A stretch of DNA of 63,960 bases, filler included, from Octopus bimaculoides (lineage: Eukaryota), in NCBI RefSeq assembly GCF_001194135.2. It is 4 parts of 4 records of this genome, joined end to end, with 100 filler letters (N's around TTAATTAATTAA, not from the genome) between each part and the next. Parts side by side here need not be neighbours in the genome. Positions count along the whole stretch, not along the records: positions 31,613 to 49,872 come from NC_068987.1; positions 49,973 to 63,960 come from NC_068984.1; 2 more parts are not named here. One strand, 5' to 3'. The position numbers were made by a program, and so were the translations under genes. The notes beneath the pieces were generated by a model that worked only from the letters and a program-made list of their open reading frames with translations, did no database searches and was not told the DNA's origin. Positions 48,712 to 62,959 of the stretch are shown piece by piece (the stretch's first letter is position 1; each line of letters begins with the position of its first letter).

Positions 48712-50292
48712 CGCATACACACATGTACAAACTCACACACATGCAGATGAATATACACATGTCCTAATTTCAACAATCTCATTCTGTTTCATGAATGCCA
48801 TCTTTAATAAGTGTGTGTGTACGTGTGTAGATGCATTTTATATTGTTGTTTGTTTACACTGTACGAGCATATACCACATACATCTTTTCAGTATTTGACG
48901 ATAGAAAACTTGTAACCGAACATTAAAAAGAGAAACGGCTCTTTCTCACAAACGTCGGCATTCATTAGTAGAATTAAATTTTAGGAATTTTCACCAGAAT
49001 TTTTTCTTGTGCTTCATTCAAATTCTCTTCCTCTCCTTCTTTCTTTCTTTCTCTTTTTTTTTTTCCTTTTCTTATTTGGTTAAATTTTGATGTACTAGAT
49101 TTCCTCGACATCTCTTGATTCTTAGATAATCCTGACAGGTTGTTATGGCCCTATTGTTAGAAATTTTCCAAGCAGGATGGCGGGGTGGGGGTGCTTGGTA
49201 GGTGGGTCGGTGTGTAGCTGTTGGTGGTGGTGGTGGTGGTGTCGGTTCTTCTGCGGTTGCGGACTTTAAAGTTTCGTCGTTTGATTGGATTTGATTTCTA
49301 AGTTTCCATTTTGTTTCTTTTGTTCTGTTTCTTTTTTTTTTGCTGGTTTGTTTTTGTCTTGTTTAAGCTTCCCTGTCATTGATTTATTTTCTGTTTGGCT
49401 TTCAGGCGATACTGCAACATATGGCGTGTTGAGTGCATATGCACACACTTACATGTGCACATAATGCACACATATTATACACACTTCACTGCCACACACA
49501 CACGTGCACATATAACACACACACACACATGCATGCACAAGTGTATACATCACATATATTATATCGCCACCATCATGCATATACACACATACACACATAT
49601 ATATTAAACACACACATACACACGCATGCATATAATGGTTGATTCTTTAGATGTTGGTGAACATTAGTGCCTGGATGTGAGCAAGTGCATGAGAGAGAGA
49701 GAGAGAGAGGGATGGAGGGAGAATCTAAATTTTAATGAAACCTCCAAGTTATGTAAATGTCTTGCTAAACACATCCATACTTCGGTTTCCACATTCACAT
49801 ACACACACAGAGTATATATTTCATATATACTCACTCTCTGACGTGTGTATATATATATATATATATATATATNNNNNNNNNNNNNNNNNNNNNNNNNNNN
49901 NNNNNNNNNNNNNNNNTTAATTAATTAANNNNNNNNNNNNNNNNNNNNNNNNNNNNNNNNNNNNNNNNNNNNATCCAACCTCAGATTTATCATCGCATTG
50001 TCTCTCTACTACCTCTGTCAAATGAATCACCAAAATTGGCCTTTCATTATTTATAATCTGTACCTGTTTGTTTGGTTACGAAATAAGATACACAAAAACG
50101 TGTTTCTGAATTACGTGTATTTACTTTATATACATATGAGTTGAAAACTTTCTTCTAGTATTCCACTTAATATCTATGTTCCATGCTGGCATGGATTGGA
50201 GAGTTATTAATGTAGAAATATGGTATCGTAGCTACTAACAGTTGAGGGTTGTGTAGTCTAGACGGCGTTTTTAGATTTCATTATTCTCTTTA

Positions 50293-50322
50293 ACCCGGGC
50301 AACGCCGGGTGTTTCTGCTAGT
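50293..50322 (+). mobile_element. Helitron 3' terminus
   Basis: ACCCGG-gcaacg-CCGGGT hairpin followed 7 nt later by CTAG|T. Confidence 0.65.
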
Positions 50323-53025
50323 ATATCAATATAATTTATGTTATTCAAATCTCCAGTAATTTGCATGCACTGATTAAAAAGTTGGATCAATTTGTTCACT
50401 AAATTCATCCCTCAATGCACTCTACTTCCACCTCTAACCATTCCTCACTGTTTTTGTACATTATTGCAAGATTTACCTGTCCACCATTCCTGTTCTTCTT
50501 TCCCTACTCTCACTCTTTTCCCTTTGCCTTCTTATACATTGATGTATCACCTTGTCACAACTATCTTTATCTCTCTCTCAAGTTCCACCCCAATTACTCC
50601 CACCTTCCTTATATAATGTAAGTATCTCCTCTAAGTAAGAAATCTGTCCCTGTTTCTTCTTTCATAATGAGAACCTTGTGTAGTACCCCATTGCACTCTG
50701 TAACTAAAGATCATGTCTACTTTGTTAGCCATCATCAATAAATATGGAGACAGCAATAGCTAAGTTATAAGTAAAAGGATTTATCTATATATTATCATTA
50801 TTATAACATCCACTTTTCCATGCTTGCATGAGTCAGGCAGAATTTGTTGAGGCAGATTTTCTACAACTAGATGCCCTTCCTGTCACTAACCCTCACCTAC
50901 TTCTAAGTAAGATAATATTTCCCAATGTTTTCATGGAAGACAGGCAACAGAAGATATTGCTAAAATGACAGTGATACTCTTTTACTATTGTATGATGTCA
51001 AGACAAGGACACCACCCACCCCCACACACACAATAGGTTTCTTTCTGTTTCTGTCTACAAAATCTGCTCACAAGGCTTTAGTTTAACAGAAGACAATTTC
51101 CCAAGGTGCTGTGAAACCACATGATTCAGAAGTTTCTTAACCACAAAGCCAAACCTGTATCTATATATCATTAATAGATATTCTTGTTGAAATGAATTCT
51201 TCAAAAGTTTTAAACTGAAACATTTAATGTTTCTTGTTAAAAAGCTTAACAATGCTATAAAGTCTTCCTGTCTTGTTGCTGTATAGAGTAAAAATTTGAA
51301 AGCAAGTCTGATAATAGATCTTCTGCAATGCAGTGTACCTTTGAAAACCAATTTTGCTCTCTGTGTTGATGGGAAGCAATATTTTCTGAAGTTTCAGGTT
51401 TACAACCTAATAACACTCAATGGCAAAATGCAGATTTATTTGACTTTAATGAGAACAAAGGAATAAAATGGAAAGAAACATTTTAAATCAAAACAGATTT
51501 AGCAGATTTTCTCTAATAAACAATTCCAATTTCATAAACGAATTTATTCAAAGCCAGTGTCTAAAATATTACTGAAATCTTAAGTTTGAGTCAAACTTTC
51601 TGTAATTACGAATTATTATAAAGGCACAGATATGGCTGTATAGTTGAGATGCTTGCTTCGTAACCATGTTATTTTTGGTTCAGTGTCATTGCACTGCACC
51701 TTGGGCAGATTTGGTAGATGAAAACTAAAAGATTCTCATCTCACACACACACACACACACATATGTATATATGTAAATGAGCATTACTGTCATACAAGCA
51801 GTGTCATTCATTTCCTATATTCACAAGAACATTTCTGGCAATGGGGAAATATCACCTTTCTTGGAAACAAATAAGGTTTAGTGACAGGAAGGGCATCCAG
51901 CAATGGAAAATCTTTCCCAATGAATTCAATCAGACCCATGCACACATGGAAAAATGATCATCAAAATGATGATGATGGTGGTGATGCAGATGATGTATAT
52001 GCATGTGTTTGTTTACAATTGCACTTCTCCAAAAATCACTCACAAACAAGAGGTGAAATCACTGTCAGTTCTGCTGTCAACAGCTCATTTGCTGGTTATG
52101 TGTCTTTGAAGATGTATGCAATAAGACATCCTTTACTTGTAGAACATTCTTTACTTGTAGAACAGGTAAGGGTATTTGGCTGTTAATACATCAATCACAT
52201 ATTCATCTAATCCATTCTCACATGGAAAAAAAGACGGACAGCACCAAGAGAGGCATCTGGTTACAAAATCAGTTACACCAACAATCTTTTGTTCCACCCG
52301 TACAAACAATGAATCATTGTCATTGTTGATGTTTTACAGTCTATTTTGTCATTCTTGCATGAATCAGAATTTGTTGAGGTGGATATTTTTCTGCAACCAG
52401 ATGCCCTTCCAGTTTCCAACCCTTACATGTTTCCAAGCAAGGTATTTTTCCCCCATTGGCTGGACATGTTTCCGTGGAAGATTGAAAATTAACAACTCCA
52501 CTGTATGACAGTGACATTCATCTACAACTATTACACATTGTCAAGACAAGACATGTACACAAATTACACATGTACACAAACACAGGCATATACACACACA
52601 TATATAGCATATATAAATATATATATCATATATATACATACACACATACATACACACACACCCATACATACCTACATACATGCAAGTATATATACATACT
52701 TATGTACTTATATACATACATACATGCATACATACACACATATACATACCCACGTGCATACATATATACATACATGCAAACATGCATATATGCATGCATA
52801 CATACACACATACATACCCACATACATACATATATACATACATACATACACACACCCACACATACCTTCACACATACATGTATACATACATGCATACATA
52901 CACACACAAACATACATATCCACATACATATGCACATCCATACATACCTACATACATACATGCATGTATACATACATACGTACATACATGCATGCATACA
53001 TACATGTATACATGCATACACACAC

Positions 53026-53056
<31 letters not shown>

Positions 53057-55330
53057 CATACATACATACATACAAACAAAAATATCCTGTTGTTGATGTT
53101 GAAATTCCAATGAATTAGATCTAGGTTAGAAACCGGTTCCTTCTCTATTGGCAAGAAATCTTGAAATAAACTGAATAATGGCATACATACATACATGCAT
53201 ACATACATACATGCATGCATACATACATACATATATACATACATACATACATACATACTTACATATTTGACAGGCCTTTTTCAGTTTCTATCATATCTAC
53301 TCTCAAGGCTTTGGTTGACCTGGGAATATTGTATTAAATCCAAGGTATCATACTGTGGGACTGAACCCCAAACCATGTAGTTGGTAAGCAAACTTCTTAA
53401 CCACACAGAGTTAGGAAGTTGGCTTCTTATTTTATTGATCCAAATGGGATGAAAAGTAAAGCAATATGTCTGAAATTTATCAAATTTTAAATGTATGTTA
53501 AATGGATTTCTTTGAACCAAAAACAGAATTCTAAAATTGCATTTAACATTCACTGAGTATTGTTATACAATACTTGCTGCTATGCAATATTTTATGAATT
53601 TGCTTGTTTGTTTGTTTCTTTTTTTTTTTTTTTGGTTTTGTTTTTGCACTTCAAAAGTTTTCAACACATGTCTTTCTGTCACCTTTGACGGATCAATGGA
53701 CACAGATGTGTTATTTGCACTGTTTGTGCCTTCATTTGACAAGCTGATGAACTAATGGCTTTCGGTTAATGTATTCAATTCCTTTATATTGTTCTGTGAA
53801 AAAAAATAAATCAAATACGGATATATTGATTCCAAATTCCACAAGTTTAATAAATTTAATAACTGAGTCAAATTTAAGATTGTATAGCTCAGTTTTTCAC
53901 TTCACTTACATGTTCAAAGTCAATTATTTCCAATAGAACAATGCAATACAGGGTACACATCTCAAAGGCAAGTAACATACACAAAATCTCTAATGAAAGA
54001 GATTGCTCCAATTATATTCTAATACCCTCACTAGACCTGCACCCATCTCATTAGTACTCCAGATGTTCCCTATCTTTGCTGCACATCGATTAAACTACAA
54101 GGAATGACTGAGTGACCATGAAATCTTATATGACATGCAAATACATCAATAATATCAGATTGTATCATTATAGAACACATTAATTCTCAACCGTTAGTTC
54201 CCTAATGGAGAAAACTAAAATGTTTATTGTGCTTCTTCGTTCTGTATGTCAAGTGAATTAAAGTCAGCAACTGTTATATAGAGTATAGCAGATGATATAG
54301 TTTCTACACATTGGTATATTATTCAAATATTCCATTTGTCAACATTTTGTACTTTATATGGCACAGACTTAAGTGGTGGAATATTACTAATAAGATAGAT
54401 TTTTTAAAATTTATGTTTGATATTTTCTTCTCACTAGAGATCTCTACCTACAAAATTTATAATTCTGAGTTAAAAAGGATTTTTTTTTTTAATTCTGGGT
54501 TATTGAAGTGATATAATCTCTTCATTGTCTTAGTCAGTAAAGAATAAACTAAAATAATCACCACCTTTTTCTCTATCTCTCACTTTCTTTTTGATCAATC
54601 CCCAAAATTCATTTATATTAGAAAACTTTTAATACAAAGAATATTTCAAGTTGCATCTCAAAATGAATATAGTAAAAGATCTAAGCAGCAAAATTATATA
54701 TATGCATTTATGACTACAACAATACAAAATGGAGAAGGCAAAACTCCTAAGATCTACCTGAACAATTAGTCTAACAAAGAACGGCTTTTCTGAAGTTGGT
54801 CAAACAATCATTATCTCATAGCTTACTACAGCTGGTCAGACCTAGAATAAAAATATTTTAGTGTAACTCATGTTTTCATTTATGATTACATATCTTTGTC
54901 CTAGTACAGACACAGGAGGCTGCATAAATACTGTCCACTTTGAATAAATCCTTGTTGCAGATACAAACAATAAAATAAATCACTGAGGTGTGATGATAAT
55001 AAAACAAAATTCTTATTGCCAATATTATCAGTAAAATTTTTCCACAATATTGATTATATTATTACTGCATCACTGCTATATACATTCTATCACCCATTGT
55101 GCTTTGTACTCATCATCATCGTTTTAACATCTACTTTTCCATATTTGGTTGAGACAGGATTTGCTGAGGCAGACTTTCCATGTCCAGATGCATTCCTGTC
55201 ACCAACCTCACCTGTTTCCAAGTAAGGTAATATTTCCCTGTGACTGGAAAGAAGAGAATTCACTTGTATCATAGTGATTTTCATTTATAAATATCTTGTG
55301 ATGTCAGTGGCAGGAGAAGCACACACACAT

Positions 55331-55365
<35 letters not shown>

Positions 55366-55689
55366 TGCACACACAAAAACATACACACATACATGTGTTA
55401 CATCATCTTTGTTGAAAATACATTCAAGACTCAATATGCACAACACACTTTCTTATACAGACACAGAGAAATGTGACTATACATTGCTTTCAATGTTTAT
55501 CTGGAATATAAAGAGCCATGGAATAAGTTAACTTACCATCAGATAAATTTTACCACCAAAAGCAAAGAAACACAATAAATAAGCCACAAGTACAACTTAT
55601 GTACAACAGAACAAAAAGCAAGATATCAACTCTATCAGCAAACAACCCTAAATACAAGAGTGGACCAAAATATTCATAAGCTCACTACA

Positions 55690-56970
55690 ACGAGGTGATG
55701 CTAGAGCTGTGAAATTTTGAATCCATTAACTTCAACCTTCTTATTAATAACTGCATTATTCCTTTCCAGGTAAACTGACATTTGACTGTTCAAAGAAGAC
55801 TTCAAAAGTAACTAGTAGCGACTTCTTTTTGAAAATAGACAGAATTTGATAACATGGTGTTATCAAGTACCTGCATTGAAAGGGTTTAGCCACCAATGAC
55901 ATTCATGCTGCCATGATTGCTACATCAGGGGATGATGCTCCAGCTTAATTAACAGTGCAAAAGAGTTCAGATGAATTTAGGAGGGGAAGGGAGAGTCTTG
56001 AAAATGACCCAAAGTTTGGATGTCTTGCAACTGCCACGAATGTGGAAAATATTGATCATGTTTACCACATGGTGATGGATGACAGGTGATTGACCATAAA
56101 TCAAATAACCAATGCTATTAGCATTTCCATGAGAGAGTTGAGAATATTCTGTACAATAAACTTGGTGTGATGAAGGTTTCTGCTCAGTGATCACCATGTC
56201 CTCTGACATCTGATTGAGAGCACACCAGGTTGATCAAATCACAGGAAAATCTGGCATTGTTTGAGGTAGATCCAGCTGGTTTCCTTGAACATTTCCTAAG
56301 CCAGGATGAGTGTTGGCTTCGTCATTTTGAGACATAGACAAAGGGATAATCCATGCAGTGAAAACACTCTCCATGACCTACTCCAAAGAAAGCTAATGTT
56401 GTTTCATCTGCAGGTGAAGTAATGGCCTTATATTTTGAGATACAAAAGATATTGTGTTTATCTCCAAAAGGTCACACCATCAATGCTAACTTGCTGAGGT
56501 AGGCAGTTGTGAAAAGCTAGATAAGACCAAATGCCCAGTAAAACTGATGAAAAGGATTTTGTTTCATCAGGGCAATGCTGCAGCACACAAGTCCTTCGTT
56601 TCAATGGGTGCTGTGCATGACTTTGGCTTTGAACTGGTTGGTCACCCTCCTTTTTCTCCCCATTTGACTATTACCTGGTCCCCATTTGACTATTACCTGG
56701 TCCCCATTTGACTATAACCTGGTCCCCAACATGAGAAAACACTTGACTAGGAACCAATATCACAATGATGATGATGTCATATCTGCTGTTGATGACCTTT
56801 TTGACCAACAGGATGTAAGCTCCTTCACCAATGGGATCCAAGCACTGCAACATTGATGGAAGAAGTGTATGAATTGCAAGGGGTCTATGTTGAAAATTAA
56901 ACCTCATTTGGTCACATTTCATGAGAGCATCTTGGTCAGCCTATGAACTTTTCATTTCAGCCAACACCTG
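55690..56970 (+). mobile_element. Mariner transposon relic, near full length, many disablements
   Basis: Remnants of VIKYL..KGL...IHA.M.AT.GDDAP..., EFRRGRESLE.DP, WFxHFE, FHQ.NAAAH and WKKC motifs. The right end has gcctatgaacttttca. Confidence 0.85.
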
Positions 56971-57399
56971 TAAAGGAAAAGGTCCCTTCATACTCACATA
57001 CAAAGACATTCAGGCTCCAAGTCTTCAAGCATCTCCTGGCTTCTCTCACATACTGTCATCCCTTTCTGAAGAACGCCAGCAAGCCTCACTGATGACCTCA
57101 ACATTTTCAATATCTAGGAGATAACAACATACCACACTTCCCCTTCTTTATCACATACCCACACCCAAATCGAAAACCTGCTGGAACTTATTTTTGGTTA
57201 TAAATAAATGGGAAAATTGAAGCTAAATTTGTTAGTACCAGTCAATCGTCACAGCTCTAGATTGTAACTCATTTGAATATGATTAAGAAATAACTTGATA
57301 CACACATGCACATTCATGTCATGTTTTTGCTTGAAATATTCTTTTTTACTCCAGGCACAAAGCCCGAAATGTGGGGGGAGGCGAAGTGCAAATCAATTA

Positions 57400-58046
57400 G
57401 ATCAACCACAGTACACAACTGGTACTTAATTTATCGACCCCCCCCACCAAAAAAAAAAGGATAAAAGACAAAGTCAACCTCGGCAGAATCGAAATCAAAT
57501 TCAATGACAGCACCACATGACTGGCATCCAGTGGAGTGCTAAGAGCACCATCCAAGTGTGATCGTTACCAGAGCAGCTGACTGGCTTCCATGCCAGTGGC
57601 ACGTAAAAAGCACCATTCGAGCGTGATTGTTACCAATGTCACCTTACTGACACTTGTGCCGGTGGCACGTGAAAAAATATTCAAGTGAGGTCATTGCTAG
57701 TGCCACTGGACTGGCTCCTGTGCAGTTGGCACGTAAAAAACACCATTTGAGCATGGCCAGTGCCAGTACCGCCTGACTGGCCCTCGTGCCGGTGGAAGGT
57801 AAAAGCACCCACTACACTCTTGGAGTGGTTGGTGTTAGGAAGAGCATCCAGCTGTAGAAACTCTGCCAGATCAGATTGGAGCCTGGTGCAGCCATTTGGT
57901 TCGCCAGTCCTCAGACAAATCATCCAACCCATGCCAGCATGGAAAACAGACATTAAACAATGATGATGATGATGAATGTAAAGACAGACTAAATACCGCT
58001 AAGCATTTCACCCAGTGTACTAATATTTCTGCCAGCTCGCTGCCTT
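57400..58046. mobile_element. Family A SINE (minus) split by an inserted family C repeat (plus, about 57500-57976)
   Basis: The SINE A 3' half ends ...aaagtcaacctcggcagaat. Its head resumes at aaagacagactaaataccgctaagc...gccagctcgctgcc. Confidence 0.8.
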
Positions 58047-58589
58047 CTTTTGCTTGAAATGTTATTCACATTTCAATAACTACTTTCGCAAAACTCTTCT
58101 GAATATGGAGCAGTGTTTTATACATAAAACATCTTATTTTTACTGTATGTTGTCATGCAAGGATTGTTTGGTTTTGTTCTTTTCTTTGTATTTATTGAAC
58201 AAAATGTCTTAATTATTTCTACTTTTGTGATAGAACTAATAACCATGAAAAGAAAAGACGAGATTGGTTGTCATTTTGTCTTCATCATCATCATTAACAT
58301 CATTATTATCATCATCATTTAACGCCTGTTACCCATGCTGGCATGGGTTGGACGGTTTGACTGGGCTGGCACGCTGGAAGGCTGCGCCAGGCTCCAGTCT
58401 GACTAGGCATGGCTTTCTATGGCTGCATGCCCTTCCTAGCACCAACCACTCCAAGAGTGTAATGGGTGCTTTTATGTGCCACCAGCACGGGTGCCATTTG
58501 TGTGACACTGATATCTGCCACGACTGCAATTTTGCTTGGCTTGATGGGTCTCCTTCTCAAACACAACATAATGCCAAAGGTCTTGGGCA

Positions 58590-58870
58590 TTGCCTCTGTG
58601 AGGCCCAGCACTTGAAAGGAGCTCCACCACTTTGCCTCTATGAGGTCCAACATTTGAAAGGAACTCTGCCATCTCACCTCCATGAGGCCTGCTTGAAAGG
58701 AACTCAGCCTACTCGCCACTGTGAGGCCCAAAACTCAAAAGGAACTCAACCACTTTGCCTCCATGAGGCCCAACGCTCAAAAGGAACTCAGTCACTAAGC
58801 CTCCATGGAGCCCAATGTTCGAAAGGAACTCAGCCACTTTGCCTCCACGAGGCCCAAAGTTCAAAGGTTG
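58590..58870. repeat. 42-bp minisatellite, about 6.5 units
   Basis: ttgcctc.atgaggccca.c..t.gaaaggaactcagccact. The first two units start at 58590 and 58632. Confidence 0.9.
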
Positions 58871-61800
58871 CCACCAGCATGGGTGCACTTGATTTGATGG
58901 GTCCTCTTAAGCAGATGTATTTAAAATGATATATCCAAATTCTGAAAGAATATTCTCAAATTTAGTCAATGTTATAAAAATATTGATATCATTTAAAGTT
59001 ACATAATTTTGTGGTTGCTCTAGAACTATTTAGATTGGTTTAGTCTATCAGGATACCTTTTAAATATTTTGTGTAATTTATAGAACTTCTTGAGTAATTT
59101 TAAACTGCTGGCATTTTAATTTTCTCAGTTTACACAGTGGAACATATTTGATCACATAATGAATAATTCTGAAAAAATTAATGCAAAAGAATTTGAATTA
59201 AAACAATTATTAAAATAATTTTGCCAAATCAATTCTAAATAAAACTTGAATAAATTTTAAGAAGCAGCTTTATGAACTTTTTGAAGAAACTATTTTGAGC
59301 AAAATACAATGGCACAAGGAAGCCACTTAAACTAACAAATGAATCTGAAATGGTAATTCTAGAAATAAGATTTAGTTTACAAATGCTAGATTTAAAATAT
59401 TACATTGTATGTATAGAATAAGTTGCTCAAAATCATTATATAACAAGATAAAAATGAAATTCTTTATTTAATATATGTGAATTTTGAAAATCCTTATTAA
59501 GTTTTCCATGCTGGCATGGGTTGTTTGGAAATTTTATTGGTACATTATCAATAATGTAAGATGGATATTCTCAGCTGGAATCAATAGTAGAGACTTATCC
59601 TTAAAAGTTTTTGGTTTAATACCTTTCAAAATGAACTTTGAGTATAAATTCGTAAAAATTTGTTGAAGCATTGTAATTGAAATAATTAGGGATTTAAAGA
59701 AACTTCACCCTTTCGGGTAATATCATATCAACCAGATCTTATACATTGTGTCACTAGAACATTATTAAAAAATTGAATGGCTACTGCATTTAAAAAGCTA
59801 GGATCTTGTGATAGCAAGGACAGCATTAGGAACTGCATCGCATTCTAAGAGTTAATCTGGAATTTTATTTATGATGCTCTTGGCAATAAAAAAGAATTAT
59901 TTTGTCAAGCTATTCAACTTAAAATATGATTTGCTGTTAAATTGTTTGGAAAATAGAAGTTTTCCATAAATAAATTGACTGAAGCAGCAGTTATTGCAGT
60001 CCAGATAATAAATAATCTCATCATTTTAAATGACATGATCATTTTTATCAATTGTCACATTTCCTCAATCGTTCATGCAACATTTTATCATTTTGATGTT
60101 TGAGAGATGTCATACCATTACACACACAAGGTTTGAAGTGTGAACTTACAAAATTCTAATCACAAAATCCTAATCACAATATATTCACAAAGAAGCTTTT
60201 AAGAATTCAGATCAATTGTACAAATTATCATCAGAAACCACATATTTCACAAAATATGGTTTATGTTACAATGGGCAGCTACACGAATGGCTTGAAAACT
60301 TAATTATATGCTTTAGTCACATCAAGTTGGTTTTAATCAATTATAGAACAACCTTGTTTTCAGTTAATCAAGAATCACTAAGTTCTTTTGTATTGCTTTT
60401 TAATTAATTCCTGCTTTGAAAGCCATAACAGTTGCAAATTTGGTTACTTCAAATACCGTCTCAGTAATAGCACCTTACAATGTCTCATGAAGAATTTCAT
60501 GCTTATTAGAAATAGGTGATAAATGGACCCAGAGTTTTTGAAGAAGATGAAATAACTCAATACTTTTCTTGATTACTTAGTTTTGAAGATAAGCAAAAAC
60601 AGTCATTTTCTGAAGCCTGCAAGAAACGGTTAAGAGCAACCCACAATGAACCTTCACCAAATCTAAGGATGAAGTTGATGCTGATTTTCAAAATTGCAAT
60701 GAAACAAACATTGAAAGTGTATCATTATCATCCAGTTGATCTTTTTCTTCAGCAAAATGAGCAATTAGCTTTTGTTACGAATTTATAAGCCCTCATTAAA
60801 AACATGTCTAACTTTCAGGCAAACAATGTTAATGTCAGTTACATATCAACAAAAAATAATGTTGGCAGCTTAATAAGGAGTAAACTTTAAAGTGCCATTT
60901 GGAGCAACAACCACAGCACAAATATAATTACAGGGGACAAAAAATACCTGTCCTCTTATTGGGAAAGTAATTATCTAAAAAGCAAAGGTAACATCTTTAA
61001 CAGTTAGTGTGGAAACAAATTTTTAAAATCCCTATTGGCATTAAAGAAGGCAGCTTTTAAAGCCATTTTTAATGCTATAGCTGTGTGGTCAGATGTTGAA
61101 AGGCTGATGTCTAAAACATTCTCAGTATCAAAGTTTGTGTGGCCCTATGTTCGCATGTCAGCATGTATATTATTAGTAGCATGTACTCATATATATACAT
61201 ACAACATACACAAACATGTTACATTTTTAGAGAGCTTATGGCCTTAATTTTTGTCATTCATTACCATAAGGATTTAGATTAATAACACAAGTTCTATTTT
61301 ATAAAATAAAATTAAAGTTTTAATGAGATACTTGAGATTAAACTTTCTAAACAAGCTTTGTACTATCCACTTATATTAGTTACAGATAGCCTTAAAATTT
61401 AATGCAAGTGTTGGTCAAAAAGTCTAGATTTCATGAATTTCAGTTTTGAAAATTTTATATGAAAGCCACATTTATTTACTTAAAACGATGCATATGACCC
61501 TTAAGCAGTAAACTTGAGGACCATTAATCTAAACAACATCCTGACAGAAATTGCAGAGGAACTATGACCTGTTTCAGCATAAAGAAGGTTGAATCATTGT
61601 AAGGCGTGCACTAAAGGTTCCCATTCAGCATAACATGATATATATTGAGATTCTTACTGAAAAGAATACGTTCATACACAGGACAATGTTAATATACAGA
61701 TCAATGCACATTAACCAGTACTATTCACTGATTTAGAACAACCCTCTATAAATTTTAACTGACACACGCCCACACACAAATATATATATATTTACAAAAG

Positions 61801-62639
61801 TTACGAAATGAAGTAGATAAGATCCAGGCTACTTATGTTTCCGCTTCAATAAACCACTATTGTCCCTGAAAGTAGTGTTTTTTTTTAATATTTATTATGG
61901 ATTGCTTTAACATATTGATGCGACCACCGAAATACAAATTAGTGTTATATCCCTATCTCCCGAGCTGGGTTTTGAAACCGTATTCTGGTTGTTGGGGACA
62001 ATGGCATTTCCTTTGTCTTGTCAGCAACCACAGCTATTTTTAGCATAGGAGTGATTGCTGCCCCTTTCCGGTCAGCGAAAGTTCAAAAAAGCAGGATGGG
62101 AATCGTACTGAACTGACCCAGCTTTGGGAGGGGGTAAGGTACCACTATTAGGCTACGGTATTTGTGAGAAATACGAGAACAGGAATTGGCGCGAAGCGGT
62201 CGGCCGAGGATTTAGGGTCAGTCGAATGGCAGCAGTTAGCCGAAGTAGTTGGGGACAGCAGTTTGCCCGAGGAGTTGGTAGCAGTCGAGTTGGATGAAGT
62301 GAAGATGAACAATGATAAGTCTGAGAGAGAGTGAGCACCTATAGTCGGCAGAAATGCATAGAGTCTCAGAGAGGTGGAACTGTTGTGGCCGCCAAAAGAG
62401 ATAGTCGTAGTCAGTTGTTTACTTCTTGGACCGTACGGTGTTTGTGAAAGAAACAAAGTTATTACAGCAAAGGTTTGTCTAAATATTCTTCCAAGAAAAT
62501 GTATTTGTCGTTATGATGTATAAAGAAAAAGAACTGTTAACTGTGATGTTAACTTAAAAGAGAAAGAAAAGAAAGAACTTTTACATGTGGTGTAACTGAA
62601 AAGAAAAGAAAGAAAAGAAAGAACTTTTAAAGGACTCAA

Positions 62640-62959
62640 TGTACGAACTCTTGTTTATGTAATGATTGCAAGCCCTTGATTATGTTGCATGCGCCATTAT
62701 ATGATATTGAATTGTTATGTAATGTATTGATGATGTTTTGATCATGTAAAAAGAAAGGGTTAGTCTCCGCTACCCAACATATGGTTGCCGTGTTGTTTCT
62801 TCCTCCCCTCCTTTTGCCTGTGTTGTTCTTCGCTGCGTGCTCCGGCCGGTGCTTATTGGTGGCTGTGGCGAAGTACTGACTCACCGAGCGTTCGACGTTC
62901 GCGCGCGCGCGAGTTCTCTCTTCGTTAAGGAGGTGCTTCGCGTGCGGGCGTTCGTAACA
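62640..62959. mobile_element. Probable solo LTR (Gypsy-like)
   Basis: 320 bp bounded by TG...CA with inverted ends tgtacgaac / gttcgtaaca, and CpG-rich. No TSD was seen. Confidence 0.5.

Noticed and set aside
59000-61250. Possible decayed transposase or orphan exons in an AT-rich block
   Set aside because: Only short open stretches, and I could not identify any motif with confidence.
62148-62456. 102-aa minus-strand ORF and an open antisense frame
   Set aside because: No recognisable domain, no ATG-led Kozak context or splice support, and it lies in an LTR-like GC-rich segment.
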